This document shows positions 48,001-59,500 of a stretch of DNA of 64,000 bases, in pieces. The notes under the pieces are model-generated. The model made no database searches and was not told where the DNA came from. It saw nothing but the letters and a program-made list of their open reading frames with translations. The stretch's first letter is position 1; every line of letters begins with the position of its first letter. The stretch spans positions 2,748,131-2,812,130 of the forward strand of contig NC_134033.1 of the NCBI RefSeq assembly GCF_964204645.1. Reading direction: 5' to 3'. This DNA is from Tubulanus polymorphus. Lineage: Eukaryota; Animalia; Nemertea. Made by a program: the position numbers and the translations under genes.

Positions 48001-51000
48001 ACACGTGCACTGACGGTAAACCATTAAGCTACGCAGAGTGGTATAAACCTGTTATTAATGAAACGATACCAGAAGTTATTCGAGGATTGATATCTCCGCT
48101 AAGAAAACAACCGATTAATGACGTCAATATGCCGTGTACGGCGATGATACTAAATAATCCACGAGGATCAGCGAACTGGGTTCGATTCCCGTGTCAAATC
48201 GAGGAGACGCACACGACATTCATTTGTGAATCTGAGAGAATCGACATCAAAAACAAACATAATTCAACGATAAACGACGCGAACAATTCAACAAATACAG
48301 GCTTAAATAAAACCAAAGATCAAATGATTCCCGATGTTACTTTAATAAATTCAACCTGTCCAAGAGGTTGGGTAACTATTACCGGACAATGTTATCAAAT
48401 ACTAACCGACTGGAAAAACAATCGAGGTTTGAATATTCGGATTGCTAGAGAAATGTGTAACAGCATCCGCACCGAAATAGTAAGAATCAACTTAAATATA
48501 GAAAGTGATATGAAAAATTTGATCAACAAATTTCAATATCGCCATCAATATGGCGCTATACTGACAATGGACCGCGGCGGATTTAAAGTTATCAAACCAC
48601 TGGTGACCAGAGATGAAATTACTTATATTCAGTCAGTTAAATGGTTATTGAAACCTTTCGATAATACAAAAGATAAAGTGCATTCCGTGTTGTGTACCTA
48701 TAATGTAACTGGTAAAGAGTTAGCTTCTATAAGCGGTTGTAAATCGTGGCAATTTGAATGTAACGATCGAAGATGTATCAGCGACCATCGCGTATGTGAT
48801 ACCAGACACGACTGTCAACACGGTGAAGATGAACTCAATTGTACGGATATCAATTTACACAGTCAGTTCCGCTGTAACGATGGACAGGTTATATCGATTA
48901 GCGGTTTCTGTGACTTTATGAGAGATTGCGTCGATGGCTCGGATGAGAACTCGTGCTATCATCCACCGTGTTTATCTACGCAATATCGCTGTTCCAATGA
49001 CCAATGCATCGATAGTTATAAACGATGTGACGGACTAGCCGACTGTAAAGACGGTTCCGATGAGATCGGATGCACTGCCGAACTTTGTCAGGGGTTCTCG
49101 TGCGCGGACGGTGAATGTATTAGTTCTCAGTTGTATCGGGATGGTGTCGTTGATTGTAGCGGAAGTCTCGAAGAAGACGAATTGGTCAATAATATGACAT
49201 TGAATCCCGAAGTTTACTGTAATAATGACAATCACTGTACGACTCGTTTCACAGATCTGTGTAAACAATCGGGTGAACAAAGATGTTCGTTCAATTCTCC
49301 TCGCTGTTATTCCCGACACGAAAGGTGTTAGAAAGGATGCCGATTGGTTTCCCGGTATGTCGAAATCTTGAACACATACTCGCGTGTAATGACTTCCAAT
49401 GCGCGGCTGGTACTGTAAAATGTCCGGCATCTTACTGTATACCGATCAGACACGTTTGTGACGGTCGATCCGATTGTCCTAATTCAGAAGATGAACGAAA
49501 CTGCGAGACTTGGTCGTGTCCGGGAATGTTTAAATGCGGCCAGGAAAATCGATGTTTTCCGCAATCTGAAGTTTGCGACGGTTTCGTAAATTGTAAACAT
49601 AACTCGGATGACGAGACATACTGTAACGTCACGTGTCCTGAACGTTGTAATTGTCGGGGCCATTTAATCGATTGTGAAGATGCTCTTTTATCAGATATTA
49701 CTGGTCAATTTATAGAATCAACTCGGGTTTTGATTTTGTCGAATAACCGAGTCGTATTTAACGAGTCGACGTTCAACTCTTTCATTTATCTTCGTTTTCT
49801 CGATATTTCGGCCAATAATTTGTCTTACATCGTTCCAAACGCGTTTTCTAATCTAAACAATCTATACACATTAGACCTTACTCACAACCGCATAACATCA
49901 TTATCTGCTAATACCTTCGCAGGTTTGATCAGTTTAGAACAACTATTTCTTATCGGAAATCCGCTGCAACATTTAGAAGACGGTAGTTTCCGAGGTCTGA
50001 TGTCACTGACTGTTCTCGATCTTCACGGACTTTCTATATCGGTTCTCGGTGGAAATGTATTTAAAGGTTTATCCGCATTACAGTCGTTAAATATCAGCAG
50101 TAACAGAATACATTATATTTCTAGCTATGCTTTTTCTGGATTGGTTCGACTTGAAATTTTAGACCTTGTCAACAATTATGAAGTAATATCCGTACAAAGA
50201 AACGTTCTTGGCGATCTTACATCATTGAAATACCTCGCTTCGGATGCTTACAAATTTTGCTGTATGGCGCCGAATGTTGACCGATGTCTTCCCGAAGCTG
50301 ATCAATTTTCGACCTGCTCTGACCTGATGGGTAACGCTGTGCTGAGAGCCATTATCTGGATGATCGCATCTTTCAGTTTTCTCGCTAACAGTATCGTTAT
50401 CTTATTTCGCGTTCAAGCTTTGCGGATGGAATCCTCCGGAACACGTAACACATCTTCAGATATCCTCATCATAAATATTGCAAGTTGTGATTTTCTGATG
50501 TCGGTCTATTTGTTTTTGATCGCGGGAGATTTTTTGATTATGCCGTCTCGCCGGGGTTATTGTCACAGTTTCGTGCGAAGGTTCCTTGACTTTTCTCTTA
50601 TTTCTAACACGTCAGAGATATTCAAATATCGTCAACCCATTTTCTAGAAGTCCGATTATAACTCCGAAATACGTTATCGGTATTTGCAGCATTTGTTGGC
50701 TCGTTATAAGCACAGTTTCTATTCTACCGCTGTCATCGTCGTCTTACTTCGGAGACAATTTTTACGGTACAACCGGAGTTTGTTTGCCTATGAATTTACT
50801 GACGATCGACGTCAATAGCTGGCACTATTCATTCGCTATTTTTGCCTTGTTTAATGCGTCCATATTGGCTACGATAATGGCGACGTACGCTCAGATGTAT
50901 AGACTAGTATCTGGAAGTAGGTCGGGCTCGGGAAGAGCCGATCCTACCGAACTTGTTTTAGCTCGAAGGAGTTTAGTAATCAATCTTTGTAATCTAGTTT

Positions 51001-51203
51001 GCTGGCTACCGATAATAATCGTTCAGTTTTGCGCCGTATTTTCGGTCGAGATACCGAACCAGGTGGCCGCTTGGCTGGCCGTTCTATTTCTACCGATCAA
51101 CTCGTCTCTGAATCCGCTTCTTTATACAATACTAACTATCGATATGAAATCTATTCGTGAACGCAATAAACGACTACTAGGATTGACGACATCCAGTAAA
51201 TAA
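45029..51203 (+). pseudogene. GRL101-like LDLa/LRR GPCR copy A, frameshifted (ectodomain ORF of ~1305 aa intact up to TAG at 49329-49331)
   Basis: Exons 45029-46246, 46548-47903 and 47988-51203. Relative to copy B, a 4-bp deletion at ~49328 creates an immediate TAG, and 58 bp are replaced by 8 bp at ~50530 in ECL1. Confidence 0.88.
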
Positions 51204-51749
51204 ACAACAGGTTGACAGGAGTCCCTGTATAATGTTTGCCTGTCTATAAATAGGGGTTGAAACTCGAAATACTAAAACTTAGTTGAGTTCGTTTGAAATC
51301 GCTTGACCGAATTAGTTTAATTTTTTATTGTGTCATTCACAATAAATAAGTTTCCAGTTTCTAGGCGCCTGGCGGTCCGTCGAGATCCTCATTGTTGCGA
51401 TAAATTTGCGCTCATTTTTTGAAACATACGTTTTTATTCAATATCATACAGCTCTGCAGTGTATTGAAGTTAAATCATGGTGATTAGATATTTCGACTCC
51501 ACAAAATGTCTACTCGCCATGATTCATGTGACGTGTGGAGCTCCTTAGTTTATTCCGGAAGAGTTTGAGTCTTCCGGTCGCGATTTGGGTTGGTTTAATC
51601 GAAACGGTAGCAATCATGTCCCGAGAAAATGGCGAAAGGGCATCATTTAAAAAAACCAATATTTGAAGTTCTCTTGGATGATTCAATTAGTGACGATGGT
51701 AGTTGGTATATCAACCCTCGTCACGCGTGAGTGAACACGAAATACCCTG

Positions 51750-52870
51750 TTAAAATTAACCTAACCTCAGTTTCCTAGAGAGAAATAATTTATAATTTCT
51801 ACTCACCGATTTATGTGAGCAGTTTTTAGATTATCATTCAGCTCACAGGAGTTCTCTATCATACCAGGTTGGTTTAGTCAGCACACACTTGATGCAATCA
51901 GGTCCTGATGAAGTGAGGAAGTTCTGGAATCTGGAAACTTTATTTCTCGGTTTAGTCAACAATCAGATCCTGCACAGGAAGATCTTCTCTGAAAAAGCAA
52001 CTTAAGTGTTTAATGAGACTTGAATCAGCTTGAATCCGGCCTAACTTAAGTTTGACATTTAGATTTGAAATTAAAATGTCCGCTCACCGATTCATGTGTG
52101 GAACTGCATGGATTTCAATCTGTTATCGTTTCCTTGGAAGATGTGACATCCGAGCTACAGCACTAATATCTGTCCGGCCTTGTAGGTTTAGTCAGCAAAC
52201 ATTGACAGCAATTAGATCATGTGAGAAGTAGAGCTTATCTGAAAAAAAGTATTGATCTCAATTATAAATTTTAATTTGCCTCGATACATGCACATTGTAA
52301 TCTGTTATAGCCAGTATAAAAATCCTACAAATCTACTCACCACCAATTTCTGTGCGGAGCATCATGGATTATCTCAAAAATGTCTGGAGTTCACGCGTCG
52401 GTTTACTCAGCTTCGGGGTATTGGCAGCAATCAGGTCCTGAGTGAGGAATGGCTGATCTGAAAAACAACAATTTCATATTTCAGTTCTGACTGGAAGAAT
52501 CAATTTTAAGTTTAGGTTGGATGTCCGAGTGAGATCCCAGAGACAGGGAGTCAATTAGACAAAGTTATCCACGAGATGTGAACTGTCGAAAACATCCCTC
52601 GGCAACTTCCCAAATTAGTCTTTAAATTAGTGAAAAAAAACTTATAGATCTCCCTTTCTACTAACCTAAACTCACGTAAGGACCGGACATATATGCGCGT
52701 GTATAGTGAATTCAACGTGTTTTAAGAATTAATCCAAACTGGTTCAATTCAAATCGAAACGTATTCATTGATTTCAAAGACCGAAGACAATAACATGACA
52801 TAATATGAACTGAGTTTGTCATAATGCGGTTCAATGGACACGAGAACCACTGGCTACAAAATACCGGACT
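51750..52870 (-). repeat. Inverted copy of the ~31970-32860 exon-like repeat family
   Basis: Reverse complement matches 31970-32860; contains three AG...GTGAG-bounded units. Confidence 0.8.
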
Positions 52871-53312
52871 GACCCTGTTAATATTTTAACTTTAGAAACC
52901 TAACTAATATATGAAGTAGATATAATATCAGATATTCTCTAACAGTCCTCGTTAAAATGATATTTCTATACAGTGAATTAAATCCTTTCAAAATTGAATT
53001 AACTGAAAAATCACTTTGCAAGACAATCTGTTAATTACATTTACATTGTCTATAACTCGAATTGTCACTGAAATCGAACACGGATCATAGAACTATTTGC
53101 AATCGATTTATCAAATAAAATGAATTAAGATGATATCATCATAGGAAATATGCGATACATTCAATTAATCAAATGTCCATTGTCTGTAACTTGTTAGAAC
53201 TGTCTAAGCACCTGCAGCAACAGCAGTAGTAGTAATAGTAGCCAAGCAGGAAATACTGCTATTTATATTTATGAATTCTAGTCATCAAGATGATAAATAG
53301 AGGCTACTTTAC

Positions 53313-53913
53313 TACTTTTCTCTTAATTCTAACGCGTCAGAGATATTCAAATATCGTCGACCCGTGTTCTAGAAGTCCGATTATAACTCCGAAATACGTT
53401 ATCGGTATTTGCTGCATTTGTTGGGTCGTTATAAGCACAGTTTCTATTCTACCGCTGTCATCGTCGTCTTACTTCGGAGACAATTTTTACGGTACAACCG
53501 GAGTTTGTTTGCCTATGAATTTACTGACGATCGACGTCAATGGCTGGCTCTATTCCTTCGCTATTTTTGCCTTGTTCAATGCGGCCATATTGGCTACGAT
53601 AATGACGACGTACGCTCAGATGTATAGACTCGTATCTGGAAGTAGGTCGGGTTCGGGAAGAGCCGATCCTACCGAACTGGTTTTAGCTCGAAGGAGTTTA
53701 GTAATCAATCTTTGTAATTTATTTTGCTGGCTACCGATAATAATCGTTCAGTTTTGCGCCGTATTTTCGGTCGAGATACCGAACCAGGTGGCCGCTTGGC
53801 TGGCCGTTCTATTTTTACCGATCAACTCGTCTCTGAATCCGCTTCTTTATACAATACTGACGATCGATATGAAATCAATTAGAACGAGATATAAACGTCA
53901 ACAAAAGAAGTAG
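53313..53913 (+). pseudogene. GRL101-like GPCR fragment (TM3-TM7 and a distinct C-tail)
   Basis: Homology to copy B begins abruptly at acttttctcttaattctaacgcgtcag; the tail is RTRYKRQQKK versus RERNKRRLGLTTSSK. Confidence 0.85.
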
Positions 53914-54217
53914 ATTAAGAAAACTTCAGTAGCAATTAAAGAGCTTTTAAACGAATCGTTTTAATGTTCATGGTCGCGCACCAAACTCTAGTAATGAATC
54001 TAAAGAACAAAGGACAGATATTAACGGTGACCTTTGGGCCTATGGTCCATTCAGTTTTTTTATCACTACTTTATCTAAACAGTTCATATGAAATAGTTTT
54101 TTTTCGTAGCCATTAGATTAATTGTAGATTGTTTGTTAAATGCAATAGTATTTGCTTAAGGTGTGGATTTAAGGTGCTCGGCGAGCCCTTTACTGACCAG
54201 TTTACTGATCAGGAATA

Positions 54218-55147
54218 GGGACCGTGCATAAAGTACGTACGCTTGACTTCCGGGTATTTTTAACCCCCCTCCCCCCTTGTACGCTCATTGTATGTTTTTT
54301 ATAACCCCTCTTGCGTACATACTTTTAGGGGTAACCCCCCCAGTAAAACAGAATTTTCAGGAATAATGGTTTAAAGAAGGCAAAATCCACCCTGATTCAA
54401 CAGAGTTCCTGCTGACGTTGATCAACGATCTTCCATGGCGACAAAATGAAAGACTGAAAGTGGGGAATTCCCGCGATCCAAATATAATATATCGAATGCA
54501 ACAAACCCAGGGAGACCGGTTTCGCAATTAAGGCAGTGTTTGCTGTACATAAAAGGAAGACAGGTTTACCCGCAGACATAGATGTTAATATTAAAATAAT
54601 GATCACAATAAAAATAAACTATTGTTTGTTTTATTCTACTACCTATTGAATATAATTATGAACAGATGTATCTATCATTTCAACAGATTTATCTTCAAGA
54701 CAGTTTATTAAAAAACAATTGTAAAATGTCAGAATATGCGGCTTTGTATGCCTCCATAAACTGGTCATATTTCGTAGCGGCCATTATCGTAGGATCTAAT
54801 AAAGAGTACCAATGTTGAAACAATAGTGGATGTTTAAATGAGCAATTAGCGACAGCTACGGCTTATGATCGAACCCCAAACAGTCGAATGTGAAAAAATA
54901 ATCCAACAAACTTCAAGTAATATATTCATTTTATTGTCACTAGACACACTTAGGATCGTCGGCAAACGGGGATATTTGTGAAATTCACATTATGTTTCGT
55001 GCACAAAGTACTTACTATTAATATTAACCCTCCCCCCTTGGAAAGTATGTACGTTTTTAGCTGACCCCTCCCCTCCCCCTGTACGCTTTTGTACGGATTT
55101 TAAGAACCCCCCCCCCCTACGGACGTACGTACTTTATGCACGGCCCC
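54218..55147. mobile_element. Non-autonomous PIF/Harbinger-like DNA transposon (~930 bp)
   Basis: GGGACCGTGCATAAAGTACGTAC ... GTACGTACTTTATGCACGGCCCC ends with a 3-bp ATA/ATA flanking duplication. Confidence 0.85.
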
Positions 55148-56511
55148 ATAGACGATTACATAGATGACGACTTATTAATTTATGAATGTATTCACTGATG
55201 TAGTGTGAGCGTGTGTGTGTAAGAGTGATTCGTCAGAATCAATACGAGCGGAACTATATCCCATACTCGGCACCGTAATCCACCGAACGCCGAAGGCAAA
55301 CGAGAATTTATGAATCACGAATGTTCTTCTTTATAGTTTACTATGTACGTGTATCTGTATATAGAGATGTACATCGAGAAATCTTGGGGGTAGGCGGGGG
55401 TAGCGGTAAATGGGAGGGCTGTATATCGGGGATTGACTGTATTCATATTATAGTTAAGCAAGCCACGACTAGGTCAATATTGGTTAAGAAAAACTCTCCC
55501 TACAGAAATTGACGTTTTAATCGGAATCAATATTTCAAAAAGAAATATTCCGTCCTGTTTACCAAACACAATCAATAATTTAGAATTTTCGTTTATATGC
55601 ATCTGAGTATAGATTTTCAATTTCTTGGTTACGTGAAGCGCGATTTACTCATTCGGAAAGTCAAAGCTGACGTTTCCAAGAGTTTGGCCGTTCGTTGATG
55701 TGTCGATATCGTTCTCTGCGGACATGGAGCGACCGTGATTGCTGAGATCGTCTGTCGATGCCGATTCTCACAAGGACGAGGAATCGCCCGTGACCGACAG
55801 CACGACGCGGTACAAACTGCTCTACAAATCTATGTATTGTTGTACAAATTTTGCTCGCGATAATTCGATTTTCAAAGGGATTTAATGCGGCTTTTAAAGC
55901 GAACCCTAAATGTTACTGAGAACTGGTAGAATATCTGATCATCCACGTCATACATTCGATATGTATTCGAGAAGATATTTGAAGTTGAAATAAGTACTAT
56001 CCTGCTATTATTCCAGCCGGTGGTGCTCGTGTCCATTGAACGGCAAATGACCGAACCAGTTCATACTGCGTCCTGTTATTGTCCTCGGTCTTTGAAATTA
56101 GAAGAAATACGTTCGATTTGAGTTGAACAGAACCCGAGGAATATTTTGCAGTAAAGATAGAGAAAATATCATTCGGTACGCAGTTCGGTAGCGACGGTGA
56201 ATATATTTTGAGTGAAAAAATTGCGCGTGATTATAAACACGATATATTGAAGCACGTCTAAATTTAGAAACCGCGGTAATTACAGCGAAACCGAGAACAG
56301 AAAGATGAAGGTTTCACAAATACGAGACTGGCGCCAGTTTGATAGGCGGATTTTTTTAACAAAATAATTGGACTCGATCCATTCGTCAACTTCAGTCATT
56401 TGCGAATTCGTCATTACTTTGCATCTACTCTTTAGAGAAAGGTCGTGAAAACTTGGAAATAGTTAGAAATGTGTTTGTTTTGAAGCGTGAATTGTGTTCA
56501 ATATGCAGCGA

Positions 56512-59500
56512 ATGAAAGCGTTGTTCGTAGTTTTACTGATCGCTTGCGGAGACTGTATATTTACGCGGGCTGATCGCGCAAACTCTGTCGAGGAAGCCGC
56601 GTCTGTTACAGTCAATTCATCTTGTAACAACACTCAATACTCCGTCGATTCTACGTCTGGTTACATCGTTTCACCGAACTATCCGTCGTTAGTGCGCGGT
56701 GTTGAATGTCGTTGGTTCGTCAACAGCTCTTTACCGGGAAGTTTTCTCGTTCAAGTTTACTACGACATCGAGCCGTCGATATTCTGTAACGAAAACTACC
56801 TTCTCGTCGGTGAGTCCGACAACAAACTCTGCGCTACCGGAAGAAAACAACTTGATATCGGCAGTAACGATTTGATTTCGTTGTTGTTTAGGAGTAACGT
56901 CGATGGAGCGCGAGGTAGTCGGGTTTATATCATATATCGTTTTGAAGAACAGAGTCGCTTGAAAATCTTACATACATGTCACAAGCATGCAGTGAAAGAA
57001 TTACCAACTCAAACAGGTTATGAATTCATGATTTCTACCCTCCGATGTAAATTGTTGTTAGAATGGATCGGGATGCCAGACAGGTTTGCAATGAATTTAA
57101 CGTTTATACAGATAGATTTCAGATTATATCCAGGTGAGGATCCGATGAAAACTCGTCCTCAAATTTACGACGGATGGAACAGCACCAGTGAACCTATAGC
57201 TCTTATACGAGAACAAACCGGACATCCACCTTCATCGTTTTATACTAAAACTAATAAAGCACGTATTGAAATTATTTCAAATAGAAACCCACTTTTTAAG
57301 TCGCAGTTACTCGTGCAAGTTTACCAAATATCAGATTGGAACATCTCTAACCCGTTAATTCAAGTATATAATAAATCAGGACTGCTCACTACAATTGATG
57401 GAATTCCACATATAGTAACTCAGTCTAAACACTTATACTGCTGGTCTATCACAGTCGATGTTCTGCAGTACGTCGTCTTCAACTGGACACGTGATCTCAT
57501 CTCGTCACCAGGTGTCGTTGGTGTATATAAACAGGAAGGGTTACGTATTGTGAGAACTGATATTTTACTCAGTTTTAACCATCTTAAATCTCTAAGCGTA
57601 AAATCAGACGGATTTTTCGTGATTCTGTGCGTTTTAACGACATCGGATTTTTCAAGATCGAATTTGAAAATAGAATTTGAAGTGAAATCGATGACAATAT
57701 CAGACGTCTACGTCAACAAGCCAAGGATATCGGTAAGTTTATTACAGTGATTTAGATTAGGTTCGTGTAATAGAATCAATGTAATTATCTATATTTTTAT
57801 GGCTATTTTGACCAGTGAAACTTTACCGAGAAACTTGGAATAACAACGTTATGTGTGACCCAAATTTAATATATTCGGACGCACTTGTTGTTTACGCAGA
57901 GTAATTATGATGATTAATGGAGGAATTTAAGTTAAGTTTCGATAGCTACATTTTGAACTATTATCAATATATCGAGGTCGTACAGAGTTTGAAATTGTTG
58001 TATTGTAAACGTTTAATGCTGTAATCAATTCTCTTATATTTCAGCATTTACTCACAAACCCAATATCAGTTCATCAAATGTTCCCGAGATCAAAGATTAC
58101 ATTGTATCGTGTAACTACATTACAACTAAAATGGAAAGTGAACATCTATGAAGAAAAACAGTTGAAACTAACAGTGCTATCAGAAAACTGTGATCGAGCT
58201 GGTTTTTATATATTTGATGGTAGTAATTTCACAGCTAGACGCTATGGTCCGTATTGTCCTGGTTCATACGACGGTCGATCTGTCGTCAGCCTGATTACAT
58301 CAGGTGGACCGATTACTGTAGTAGCATACGCTTATTACTATAACAATCAGTTAACAGTAGATCGTCCTGACTGGACATACGTAAGATTTGCTCCTACTGA
58401 TTGTGATGGTTATGTTCTACAGGAAGAAGAACGTCAGATCAATATGACGTCACACTGTCTCGTGATTACACCTGAAAATCGACGCCTTCGCTTGAAAAAT
58501 ATTCACATATTATCAGAACACGAATATCAAATTGACCGATGTTTTCTCAAGATGTCATTGTCATGTGACCAGTTTCTGAGTTTGAGTAATCAGTTTCTTA
58601 ATAACAGTCTTGTATTAAACACTGTAGATTTCAAAGTTTATGCGGTTGGATTTTGGCAAGGACCACTTATAGTTAAACTACGTCGTAAATGTCTAGGAGT
58701 GAAAAAATCAGATAGTTTTGGATTTTTTGGATCTCGTCTTCCAGTTACTACTAAAGATAAATGTGGACTCGTGCAGTCACCGAACTACCCGGGTTCGGCA
58801 GGAAGTACATCAAAATCTATTTCCTATAAATTTGAAAACCCAATACAACAAAATATATTTCAATATTACAGATTTATTGTCAAATCTATTGGATCAGTTT
58901 CATGCGAAACAAATAACGATATAGCGAATGCTCCGATTATTCTAATACAACTAATGAATTATAAAACTTTTCATAATGGTGGATATTTCAAAACTATTAA
59001 ATCTCAACATGAAACTAAAATATGTGAAAATAACGCGGTTCGTGGACTTATATTTCACAGTATGAAAGATAACACTTTGCGTTTTGAAGTAAACAATTTA
59101 ATTCCGACATTTCAATTGCAATACAATTTACACGAGTCGTTACCGATTAAACATTTCGATGATTTCTACTGTAAACAAGGATTTCTGGATTCGGGAATTT
59201 CCTGCATCAAATTCATCAGAGATGAACGTCTGAATTGGGAGAACGCTGAAATATACTGTAGACAGAAGTACGCGGGACATCTACTCAGTATCAACTCAGA
59301 ACAGGAAATGATTTCCATCAAAAGATTATTCGCTACAAAACTTCTCCGAATGGCGTACACATTAAAAGCGCTCATAATGACGATTGGATTAAAATGGAAG
59401 GTAAGACTAATGTATTCAAATATTAATTAAAATAGAAAGATATTTAAAGAAATGATATATTTCATTTTGTTCACGAAACAGAATGATGGTTATTACACGT

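Noticed and set aside
51895-51945. CTGATGA...GAAAC hammerhead-like spacing
   Set aside because: No stem II pairing, and homologous units lack CTGANGA.
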